A DNA stretch of 64,000 nucleotides from the NCBI GenBank assembly GCA_041661745.1, contig JBAZTR010000005.1, positions 3,283 through 67,282 of the forward strand. The letters run 5' to 3'. This DNA is from Patescibacteria group bacterium. Lineage in GTDB: Bacteria; Patescibacteriota; Patescibacteriia; UBA9934; GWF2-40-263. Below, piece after piece: positions 32,134 through 40,002 of this stretch (its first letter is position 1; each line of letters opens with the position of its first letter). The position numbers and the translations under genes are program-made. The notes under the pieces were generated by a model that was given only the letters and a program-made list of their open reading frames with translations, was not told the origin of the DNA and ran no database searches.

Positions 32134-32162
32134 AATATATCATAAAAACACCCTTATGTCAA
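32134..32162 (-). promoter_or_regulatory. Sigma70-type promoter of island 4 (TTGACA-N17-TATATT)
   Basis: On the minus strand, TTGACA lies at 32162-32157 and TATATT at 32139-32134 with a 17-nt spacer. The -35 hexamer sits inside the AACACCCTT-GACAT-AAGGGTGTT hairpin that terminates the upstream methyltransferase gene. Confidence 0.45.
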
Positions 32163-32187
32163 GGGTGTTTTGCCTATTTAAGCCAAA

Positions 32188-32691
32188 TTATCGCCTATAT
32201 AAGTACATTTTAAGTTTACCTTCCACGTCATCAACCTTATCTGCCTCCCAGCCGACAATTGGCCAAACGTACGCAACCACACGCGCCCCAGGCTTTAGTT
32301 CCCTTTCCAACTTGGGCTTTATTTTGGCATAAGGCTCGGGCATGAGAAAAAGATAAACAATGTCAGCATCAGACAAATCAACTTTATATAAATTAGCCCA
32401 TTTAATTTTGACGTCGGTTTTGGCCAACCAGTTTCTAACAATCGCCACAATAATTTGGGGAATTGATAATTCAACACCAATGGCCTTAACCCCAAACCTC
32501 TTAGCCGCGGCTACGGACAGTCGAGCGTCACCGCATCCAAGATCGTAAAACTTCTCGCCAGGCTTCATTTCGACAAAATTCAAAAACCTCTCGATATCCT
32601 TCTTTTTAGTTGGCACCCACGGCGCACCCTGATTGGCGGCATAAGCCGTGGAGGCAATAAGAATAAGAATGATTAAAAGCACAACATACAT
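32188..32691 (-). CDS. Membrane-anchored class I SAM-dependent methyltransferase (small)
   Basis: An N-terminal TM helix, then WVPT, motif I LGCGDARL and a downstream acidic motif. A paralog is at 38469-39035. Confidence 0.55.
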   Translation of the reverse strand: MYVVLLIILILIASTAYAANQGAPWVPTKKKDIERFLNFVEMKPGEKFYDLGCGDARLSVAAAKRFGVKAIGVELSIPQIIVAIVRNWLAKTDVKIKWANLYKVDLSDADIVYLFLMPEPYAKIKPKLERELKPGARVVAYVWPIVGWEADKVDDVEGKLKMYLYRR

Positions 32692-32763
32692 AGTCGCTAT
32701 ATTATATTCGAATTAATGATTATTGCCAAAACAAAAACACGCGAATCGTTTTCGTGTGTTTTT

Positions 32764-32838
32764 GGTCGGGCTGGCGGGACTTGAACCCACGGCCTCTACG
32801 TCCCGAACGTAGCGCTCTACCTACTGAGCTACAGCCCG
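32764..32838 (-). tRNA. tRNA-Pro (anticodon CGG)
   Basis: The minus-strand sequence is CGGGCTGTAGCTCAGTAGGTAGAGCGCTACGTTCGGGACGTAGAGGCCGTGGGTTCAAGTCCCGCCAGCCCGACCA. It folds into a canonical cloverleaf with a C1-G72 pair, anticodon loop TTCGGGA and an encoded CCA. Confidence 0.85.
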
Positions 32839-32845
32839 ATATTTT

Positions 32846-32919
32846 TGGTGGCTGTAGCGAAGTATAAACTACTGCCCCGCCTCTGGCGGGGTCCCGCTAT
32901 AAGCGGGAAGCTACAGCCC
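32846..32919 (-). ncRNA. tRNA-like structured element adjacent to tRNA-Pro (non-canonical; possible tRNA remnant or regulatory RNA)
   Basis: The minus-strand sequence is GGGCTGTAGC-TTCCCGCTTATAGCGGGA-CCCCGCCAGAGGCGGGG-CAGTAGTTTATACTTC-GCTACAGCC-ACCA. It has a 9-10-bp closing stem identical to the tRNA-Pro 5' end, two perfect internal hairpins, and a 3' ACCA. There is no GTTC T-loop. Confidence 0.35.
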
Positions 32920-33033
32920 GATGCGAAAAAAGTATATATAACTTTACGGTTTTTGGCAAGATTACAAACTTCCATCCTTGCCACTTTTAAATTTTTATGT
33001 TTCAATCTCCCCAACATAAGACGACGGAGGCTT

Positions 33034-33266
33034 GTGTGAAAAACGCTCTTTTGATTGCCGTCGGCATCGGACTGTTCTCCCTTGGCACGGTCATCCACGA
33101 ATTATCCGTGTTCTTCAATACCTTTATCGGCTTCACAGCTCTCATGTACAAATGGCCACTTGAAGCTTTTGAATGCTTCAGTCTAATCATGATCCTAGCA
33201 CTAGGCGTTGCTTCTTCGACCAAGGCGCGCACTTATGAAGACGAAAAGGATGACGACCCAGGCTAG
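33034..33266 (+). CDS. Small hypothetical membrane protein (~77 aa)
   Basis: A GTG start at 33034 is preceded by GGAGGCTTGT. Two TM helices and an acidic tail. A CCAGC-cac-CAGCTGG+T6 terminator follows. Confidence 0.35.
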
Positions 33267-33343
33267 TACTCCTCTCCAGCCACCAGCTGGATTTTTTAAA
33301 TTATCTTATTTTTTCTTGCATAACTTTAAAAAGAAAGCCCGGA

Positions 33344-33895
33344 CTAGAAGTCCAGGCCTTCGCGGGCTTTCACCCCTTTGTAATAATAATGTTTTACCAT
33401 CTTCATTTCCGTAACCAGGTCAACTTTTTCCAAGACACTCGGCAAGGCGTGACGGCCGGTTAAAACCAATTCCATGTGCGCCGGCTTTTCGTCCAAAAAA
33501 CTCAGCGCATCTTTTTCTGGCAAAAGCCCCAAGGCGGCCACGGTATTGAATTCATCAAGAACAATTAAATCGTAACCATCGGCAAACATAACTCGCGCTT
33601 CGTTTAAACCACGCTGAACCTCGGCCTTGTCTTCATCAGTCACAGAAAAATCAAAGCGCCCAGTGACCGAATCAATACGGTCACGACCGGTCACAACAAA
33701 ATCAATGAGGTGACTTAACTTTTCCTGCAACGACTGCCGCTCGGAATAATGAACTCCGCCTTTGTCGAAAAAAATTATTCCAACTTTCTTCCCCGCTCCA
33801 ACGGCGCGCAAAGCAAGCCCTAGCGAGGCTGTGGTTTTGCCTTTGCCATCGCCGGTATAAACTTGAATCATGCCAAAAGTTTGATCTGGTGACAT
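33344..33895 (-). CDS. cobO: ATP:cob(I)alamin adenosyltransferase (CobO/BtuR family)
   Basis: P-loop YTGDGKGKTTA is followed by a CobA/BtuR-like core. It lies immediately downstream of the B12-dependent RNR. Confidence 0.75.
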   Translation of the reverse strand: MSPDQTFGMIQVYTGDGKGKTTASLGLALRAVGAGKKVGIIFFDKGGVHYSERQSLQEKLSHLIDFVVTGRDRIDSVTGRFDFSVTDEDKAEVQRGLNEARVMFADGYDLIVLDEFNTVAALGLLPEKDALSFLDEKPAHMELVLTGRHALPSVLEKVDLVTEMKMVKHYYYKGVKAREGLDF

Positions 33896-33912
33896 AGTCC
33901 TCCGTTATTTTT

Positions 33913-36900
33913 TTAACTACAACCCGAGGTTGCCCCGCAATTTAAGCATTTGTAACACGAGGCATTACGCACCATAATCGAACCGCAGGTGGGACAGGCT
34001 GGGGCATCAGACTGGTTATCAAAAGTTGAGGTCAAGCTCGCTTTTTTTTCGCCGGTAAACAAAGTCGGCTGTGGTTCCTCTTTACTACTGTCGGCCAGAG
34101 CAGGAACAGCAATGACAGTTTCTTCGACGCCATTATTTTCCACATTCATGACCCCGACAGCTCGTTGTTCTTCCGGTGTCATAAACTTCATGGCCATCCA
34201 GCGGAAAATGTAATCAACTAATGATTTGGCAATACGGATATTTGGGTTGTTGGTATAACCGGAAGGTTCAAAACGCATATGAACAAACCTGTTGACCAGT
34301 GACTGTAACGGCACACCATACTGCAAACCAACAGAAACTGAGGTGGCAAAGGCATCGGCCAAGCCACTAATGACCGAACCTTCTTTAGACATGGTTATAA
34401 ACATTTCACCCGGCGTGCCATCATCATATAAACCGACAGTGAGATAACCTTTGTGCGTACCCACTTGGAATTTATGAGTAATAGCTTTGCGCTCATCTGG
34501 CAAGCGACGACGCAACGGTTTGAAGGTTTCGTTGCGGCCATCGCCAACAGCCACCTCGGCTTTTTTGGCAACTTTCTTTGATTGGTCTTTATCAAGCGAA
34601 GTGGTTAAAGCCTGCTGACGTTTGGAACCGTCACGATAAACAGCCACGGCTTTAATGCCCATCTTCCAGGCTTCCACATAAACTTTTTCAATATCCTCAA
34701 CCGTGGCGCTGTTGGGCAAGTTAACGGTTTTGGAAATGGCGCCTGACAAAAACGGCTGAACCGCGGCCATCATGCGCAGGTGCCCCATGTACTGAATTGA
34801 ACGTGTGCCGTTAGCTGGTTTGAAAGCGCAATCAAAAACCGACAAATGTTCTTCTTTAAAATGCGGCGCGCCTTCAATGGTATCTTTTTCATTGATGTAA
34901 GCAAGGATATCTTTCTTTTCATCTTCGGTGTAGCCAAGGCGAGTTAAGGCTTCGGGAACGGTTTTGTTTACAATCTTAATCATGCCGCCGCCAACCAACC
35001 ACTTGTATTTAACCAAGGCAATGTCCGGTTCAACACCGGTGGTGTCGCAGTCCATTAAGAAAGCAATGGTACCAGTGGGGGCCAAAAGAGAAATTTGCGA
35101 GTTCCTAAAACCAAAGCGCGCGCCGCGTTCAACCACTTCACGCCAGGCTTCGCGGGCTTCGGAAAGCATTTGGCCAGAAACACCCTGGGCAGGAAGCTTA
35201 TCAGTTTCGTCACGATGACGACGCATGACATCAAGCATTGATTCGGCATTTTCTTGATACGAAATAAACGGCCCTTTCTTTTCGGCAATACGCGTTGACT
35301 GCGCGTAGCACACGCCGCTTTGGAGCGAAGTAATGGCCGCGGCCAAATTGCGCCCATTGTCGGAATCATAAGCCAAACCAAAACTCATGAGTAGCGCTCC
35401 GAGGTTGGCGTACCCAATACCCAAAGGACGGAAAATTAAACTGTTTTCTTCAATGGCCGGCGTTGGATAACTGGAATTGCCGACAATAATTTCCATGGCC
35501 GTAATCATGATTTCGTTGGCTTGTTTAAAAGCCGCCAGATCAAATTCAGATAAGCCGTTAACTTCTTTACGGAAGCGCATTAGGTTTAATGAAGACAAAT
35601 TGCAAGCCGAGTCATCAAGAAACATAAACTCCGAGCAAGGATTGGAAGCATTAATGCGACCGCTCTTTTTACAAGTGTGCCATTTGTTGGATTCGGTGTC
35701 GTATTGCAAACCAGGGTCACCGCATTGCCAAGCCGCTTCGCAGATTTTTTTCATGAGATCGGCGGCTTTAAAAGAAGTTGAAGGATTGCCGCTAATAACT
35801 TCTTTTGTAACCCAATCACCGCCGTTAATTATGGCGTTCATGAAATCATCGTTAACCCGCACTGAGTTGTTGGCGTTTTGAAAATAAATGGAGGAGTAAG
35901 CCGAACCATCAATGGAACCATCATACCCGGCGTCCATTAAAGCCCAGGCTTTCTTTTCTTCCTCGGCTTTGCAGATGATAAATTCTTCAATGTCAGGATG
36001 ATCGACGTTTAAAACCACCATTTTGGCGGCCCGACGAGTTTTGCCGCCACTCTTGATAACCCCGGCAAACGAGTCCAGTCCTTTCATGAAAGAGACAGGG
36101 CCAGAAGCACGACCATTGGAACCACCCAAATATTCTTTAGAGGAACGCAAAGTAGAAAAATTAGTCCCAGTGCCAGAACCACCTTTAAACAGCATACCCT
36201 CGGTAACCGCCAAGTTGAGAATGGAACGCATGTCGTCCTGCACGGAATTAATGAAACAAGCCGAACACTGCGGATTGTTTACCACTCCGACATTAAACCA
36301 CACCGGCGAATTAAACGCGGCCATTTGATTAATCAAAATATGCGTTAATTCGTGTTCAAAAACCGTGCCATCATCAGCGGTTTGAAAATAACCATCCTGT
36401 CGGCCCCAGCCGGCAATTGTTTTGGCCACGCGATCAATTAACTGGCGAGCCGATTGTTCGCGATCGGCCTGACCAACCTTACCGCGAAAATATTTTGAAG
36501 CCATGATGTTGGTGGCGGTTTGCGACCAAAATTCAGGCACCTCAACACCGGTTTGTTCAAAAACCACTTTACCCTTTTCGTTATTAATTCGAGCATCACG
36601 CAATTCCCACTTTATTTTTTCGTAAGGATGAACCCCGGCTTCGGTAAAATATCGTTTAATTTGCAAACCATGACCATAAACCGCTTCGCCGGCCTGGTGT
36701 GCACGATGTAGCGAACCAGCCCGGAAAGACATGTATTTTTTGGCAGCATGAATTAAATTATGATCAATCAGAGTCAGGTTAATCATTTCCCGAACATCCA
36801 TGGTGGTTGGCTGGCCATCGCCCTCAAAAGCCCGCTGTAGACGCGAAACCGCATGGCGAGTAATCTTGTCGATTAACTTCATGTCTTTAACCCCCGCTTC

Positions 36901-37071
36901 CACCATGGCCGCGCCGACGGAACGTTTAATTTTTTCGGCCTGAAACGGTTCGGTAATACCACTACGCTTTGTAACGATCTTTAACGAAGTAACAAAAGAC
37001 CAGGCAGCGTCGGAAACGCCGTCTGGCGATGAAACCGCTACGACTTTTGGGCCAAAGGAGGAATCGGACAT
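33913..37071 (-). CDS. nrdJ: Adenosylcobalamin-dependent ribonucleoside-triphosphate/diphosphate reductase (class II, NrdJ) with an N-terminal ATP cone
   Basis: ATP cone (VTKRSGITEPFQAEKIKRSV), the active-site region NPCSEFMFLDDSACNL and a C-terminal CxxC...CxxC zinc ribbon. The track ORF begins at a TTG at 37146; the ATG candidates are at 37071 and 37062. Confidence 0.85.
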   Translation of the reverse strand: MSDSSFGPKVVAVSSPDGVSDAAWSFVTSLKIVTKRSGITEPFQAEKIKRSVGAAMVEAGVKDMKLIDKITRHAVSRLQRAFEGDGQPTTMDVREMINLTLIDHNLIHAAKKYMSFRAGSLHRAHQAGEAVYGHGLQIKRYFTEAGVHPYEKIKWELRDARINNEKGKVVFEQTGVEVPEFWSQTATNIMASKYFRGKVGQADREQSARQLIDRVAKTIAGWGRQDGYFQTADDGTVFEHELTHILINQMAAFNSPVWFNVGVVNNPQCSACFINSVQDDMRSILNLAVTEGMLFKGGSGTGTNFSTLRSSKEYLGGSNGRASGPVSFMKGLDSFAGVIKSGGKTRRAAKMVVLNVDHPDIEEFIICKAEEEKKAWALMDAGYDGSIDGSAYSSIYFQNANNSVRVNDDFMNAIINGGDWVTKEVISGNPSTSFKAADLMKKICEAAWQCGDPGLQYDTESNKWHTCKKSGRINASNPCSEFMFLDDSACNLSSLNLMRFRKEVNGLSEFDLAAFKQANEIMITAMEIIVGNSSYPTPAIEENSLIFRPLGIGYANLGALLMSFGLAYDSDNGRNLAAAITSLQSGVCYAQSTRIAEKKGPFISYQENAESMLDVMRRHRDETDKLPAQGVSGQMLSEAREAWREVVERGARFGFRNSQISLLAPTGTIAFLMDCDTTGVEPDIALVKYKWLVGGGMIKIVNKTVPEALTRLGYTEDEKKDILAYINEKDTIEGAPHFKEEHLSVFDCAFKPANGTRSIQYMGHLRMMAAVQPFLSGAISKTVNLPNSATVEDIEKVYVEAWKMGIKAVAVYRDGSKRQQALTTSLDKDQSKKVAKKAEVAVGDGRNETFKPLRRRLPDERKAITHKFQVGTHKGYLTVGLYDDGTPGEMFITMSKEGSVISGLADAFATSVSVGLQYGVPLQSLVNRFVHMRFEPSGYTNNPNIRIAKSLVDYIFRWMAMKFMTPEEQRAVGVMNVENNGVEETVIAVPALADSSKEEPQPTLFTGEKKASLTSTFDNQSDAPACPTCGSIMVRNASCYKCLNCGATSGCS

Positions 37072-37306
37072 AAGAAGCATGGGGTTAAGGGCCAGTCCTT
37101 TTTTTAGGACAAGAAAAGACAATCCGCTGGGATTATCTTTTCGCAAAGACGCCCGTTATTGACGGTCTTTGCGCCCACTGAAACGAATCCGAAATGGTCC
37201 TCCTTTCCATTTCGTGGTGCTTATATTTTATGTCTTCCGAGGGGGTGTGTCAAAGACAAAGTTGTCCACAGAATTTATAAAAAAACGACACTTATTTTTG
37301 GCTTTG

Positions 37307-37404
37307 TTTAGCTTGTAGTCTGCAGAAATTAGCTTGTAGGATTTTGGAACAAAAAAACTTGTAACTTTGAATCCACCTACAAGCTACAAGCTACTTCCTA
37401 CAAC
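37307..37404. repeat. Palindromic intergenic element, copy B (AGCTTGTAG family)
   Basis: TTTAGCTTGTAG...TAGCTTGTAGG...CCTACAAGCTACAAGCTACTTCCTACAA. Its 3' arm is identical over ~29 nt to copy A at 12584-12612. Confidence 0.6.
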
Positions 37405-37980
37405 CTAAAAAGGCATTGTAAAATTTATCGCTGTCTTTTCCGTCTTCAAACGAAAGTCAACCGGAATCGCCTTACGCTCCCCGGAACGATCTTCGTAGGC
37501 CAAAGCTTTATATTTTAAGCCGTATTCATAAACAGCTTTGGTCACCCGCACGTCGTCGAGACAATATTGTTTTACTTTGTCCTTCTCCCCCTTTTTCCAC
37601 CACTCAATGGCCTGCAAACCATGGCCGGTCTTCCCCTGCCCGACTGTTGCCATTGCGACATGATCAAGCTTTAAACGAAAACCAAGAGCTTTTTGAATTT
37701 CTTCCAAAATATCCAAATTGGGAAAAGCTAAAAAATCTCCGGGATAATAATTATTCATGATCGGCAAATCAAAACCCTTGCTATTGTAACCGATTAAACG
37801 GTCGGCTCGTTCCAGGCGCGGCCATAATTCACCAAACTCGTGTTCCTCGAAAGCGCGATACTCGTCGTTTTCGTAAAAATATGCCCCGATCACGGAAATT
37901 TTGAATTCCGAGCGATCGCGGCTGTTAATATCATCAAAGGTATTTTTTGTTTCAATATCGAAGACTACTTCTTTGGACAT
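37405..37980 (-). CDS. DEDD-type 3'-5' exonuclease (RNase H-like fold, PolB-exonuclease-like)
   Basis: Exo I VVFDIETKN, Exo II YNSKGFDLP and a C-terminal Y...D motif. Confidence 0.55.
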   Translation of the reverse strand: MSKEVVFDIETKNTFDDINSRDRSEFKISVIGAYFYENDEYRAFEEHEFGELWPRLERADRLIGYNSKGFDLPIMNNYYPGDFLAFPNLDILEEIQKALGFRLKLDHVAMATVGQGKTGHGLQAIEWWKKGEKDKVKQYCLDDVRVTKAVYEYGLKYKALAYEDRSGERKAIPVDFRLKTEKTAINFTMPF

Positions 37981-37983
37981 ATG

Positions 37984-38466
37984 TTACGAAACTACGAAAG
38001 ACTACTAAACTACGAAAGTTTTTGGTCGACGTTAATTATTTTTGGTTTTAAAATTCTTTGGTAAGTCACACCTTTTTCTGAAAAACGGATTAACAAACCT
38101 AATTCTGTTTTAGTATTAGCCAAATATTGCTTAATTTGTTCAAAATCTGATGTTTTAAATTGTCCAGAAGATTTTATTTCAACCACGACCGTATCTTCCA
38201 CTATAAAATCCAAAATATATTTTCCAACCACCACTTCTTGATATTTAAGAGGAATACTTACCTCTCGTTTAAATTTCAAGTCCCTCTTTCCAAAAGCAAC
38301 CATCAAGGCTTTTTGTAAATATCTTTCTTTGTGTTGACCGCCGATCTCTTTAAAAACATCGAAACATGCGCCAACTATTTCATAGCTTAAATCCGGTTGT
38401 ATAAGGTCATCTCTTTTAAGCTTCGACACAATTTCGTAGTTTCGTATTTTTTCGTTGTTTCGTAAC
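37984..38466. mobile_element. Miniature element: GxxExxY-family gene bounded by ~35-nt terminal inverted repeats
   Basis: Left end GTTACGAAACTACGAAAGACTACTAAACTACGAAAG versus the reverse complement of the right end, GTTACGAAACAACGAAAAAATACGAAACTACGAAAAT. Confidence 0.5.
38010..38429 (-). CDS. GxxExxY-family protein (PD-(D/E)xK-like small selfish-element protein)
   Basis: EIVGACFDVFKEIGGQHKERYLQKAL...LDFIVEDTVVVEIKS...GLLIRF fits the GxxExxY family pattern. The motif is a GxxxExY variant. Confidence 0.65.
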   Translation of the reverse strand: MSKLKRDDLIQPDLSYEIVGACFDVFKEIGGQHKERYLQKALMVAFGKRDLKFKREVSIPLKYQEVVVGKYILDFIVEDTVVVEIKSSGQFKTSDFEQIKQYLANTKTELGLLIRFSEKGVTYQRILKPKIINVDQKLS

Positions 38467-38468
38467 CC

Positions 38469-39035
38469 CTAAGGGATTAAATAAAGATACAGTTTTTCTC
38501 CCCGGGCTTCATCGGTCTTAATTAATGGCAAGGACGGGTATTTAAAGGTTCGGGAAATGACACGTGTGCCAGAAGGATAATATTTTTTTAGAAGCGGTTC
38601 AAGCCTTTGCTGAGTTTCTGGAAAAAGATAAGTGGCAATAACATCAGCCTTGGGCAATTCGGCCTTAAAAAAATTTCCACCACGTAAATCAATCTTGTCG
38701 GACAAACCGGCTATTTTGGCACGAAGTAAACCGAGCCAACGGACGCCCGGATGATGTTCGTAACCAATTCCTTTGGCCGCATTAAAATTTTTAACGGCCG
38801 TTAAAAGAAGTGAGCCGTCGCCGCAACCAAAATCAACCACGGTTTCGCCCGGCTTCAATTCGGCCATTTCAAACATCTTTTTACCAATTTTTCCGCGGGT
38901 TGGCACCCAAGGCACACTGACCAAACCGGAAATAAGCAAGGTAACTAAAAAAGCCAAGGACAAAAGAAGTAAAAATTGTATAAAAAGAATTAATAACACT
39001 AAGAATGAATACATAAGATTATTTTTCGTTACCAA
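38469..39035 (-). CDS. Membrane-anchored class I SAM-dependent methyltransferase (paralog of 32188-32691)
   Basis: An N-terminal TM helix, then VPWVPT and motif I FGCGDGSL. It is collinear with the other methyltransferase (APWVPT...LGCGDARL). Confidence 0.55.
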   Translation of the reverse strand: MVTKNNLMYSFLVLLILFIQFLLLLSLAFLVTLLISGLVSVPWVPTRGKIGKKMFEMAELKPGETVVDFGCGDGSLLLTAVKNFNAAKGIGYEHHPGVRWLGLLRAKIAGLSDKIDLRGGNFFKAELPKADVIATYLFPETQQRLEPLLKKYYPSGTRVISRTFKYPSLPLIKTDEARGEKLYLYLIP

Positions 39036-40002
39036 AAATTAACTTTCCGGCTGTCCACAAATCAGTACGCCCCAATTCCTTTTCGGCATACCACCACTCA
39101 ACTCCCCACAAATACGCTTCGGAAAACCCGGCATATTTGGCAAAGGAAATATTGTCAGCCAAATCTTCAGAAGTAAAAGCCTCGGCTCGTTCTTCGCCCG
39201 ACAATTCGTTAATCGGTTCGGAAAACCACGGTTCAGCCTGAAGTTCGGAAATAATAATTTCTTTTGTAAACAAACCGGCAACCATGGCTCGAAAACGATA
39301 AACCAATGGTTTCAATGGATAAGGCATAAGGCCGGTAGCCGGACTATAACTGACGCGATACATTGAAATACCCAAAACGTCAGAAATTTTGGCTGAAGGA
39401 ATCCAAGGATCCAGTTCCCCGCTAACCGTTAGCATAATTGGCTTGTTATCAAGCGATTTGACCAAGGAAATTTCTTTATCCAATAATTCCGCGCTGGGTG
39501 ACGGACAAATTCCAAAAGGAAAAAACGGTTCGTTTTCCACTTGCCAACGTTCTACGGCCGGACTGTCTTTATATCTTTCCACAACTGTCTTTTCCATGTT
39601 CAATACTGCCGCCTCAGTTTCAGAACCAACCAGCCCTTCGGCCCAATCGGGGGTATAACACTCTGGCCAACGTGGCACCTTATTACCAATAACTAAAATT
39701 AATTCAACGCCGCGTTTTTCGGCTTCGTTCACAAAAAAATCATTGAGTGACCAATCGTATTGTCCTTTTTCGGTTTCGATTTGCGACCAATAAATAGGCA
39801 GGCGGATTTTTCTCACCCCCAAATCTTCAAGAACAGCAATATAAGCTTCCCGCGGATCAAGACCTAAACCATAGGCGTAGGCCGCACTAAAAGTTACTCC
39901 TAGTTCCGGCTGTTTTGGTTCGAAAAAAAACTTTATTGAACAAAAAATCGCCCCGACCAAGCAAAAAAACAAAACCGCCGTGACGATAATTCGTTTCGTC
40001 AT
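39019..40002 (-). CDS. Glycoside hydrolase, GH5-like (beta/alpha)8 barrel, secreted or membrane-anchored
   Basis: A signal/TM N-terminus, an (R)LPIYW motif, and ENEP (catalytic acid) in the characteristic GH5 context. Confidence 0.5.
   Translation of the reverse strand: MTKRIIVTAVLFFCLVGAIFCSIKFFFEPKQPELGVTFSAAYAYGLGLDPREAYIAVLEDLGVRKIRLPIYWSQIETEKGQYDWSLNDFFVNEAEKRGVELILVIGNKVPRWPECYTPDWAEGLVGSETEAAVLNMEKTVVERYKDSPAVERWQVENEPFFPFGICPSPSAELLDKEISLVKSLDNKPIMLTVSGELDPWIPSAKISDVLGISMYRVSYSPATGLMPYPLKPLVYRFRAMVAGLFTKEIIISELQAEPWFSEPINELSGEERAEAFTSEDLADNISFAKYAGFSEAYLWGVEWWYAEKELGRTDLWTAGKLIFGNEK

Noticed and set aside
33913-37146. Intein or large insertion in the 1077-aa NrdJ.
   Set aside because: The length is explained by the N-terminal ATP cone plus the C-terminal zinc-ribbon domain. 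No intein block A/B or terminal HN-C/S/T motifs were seen around the active-site region.
37147-37260. Possible cobalamin riboswitch upstream of nrdJ (a CCACTG B12-box-like string).
   Set aside because: The GCC-CACTG match is on the plus strand, antisense to nrdJ, and imperfect. The minus-strand leader shows hairpins but no recognisable B12-box or conserved riboswitch core. It is left as an unclassified structured leader.
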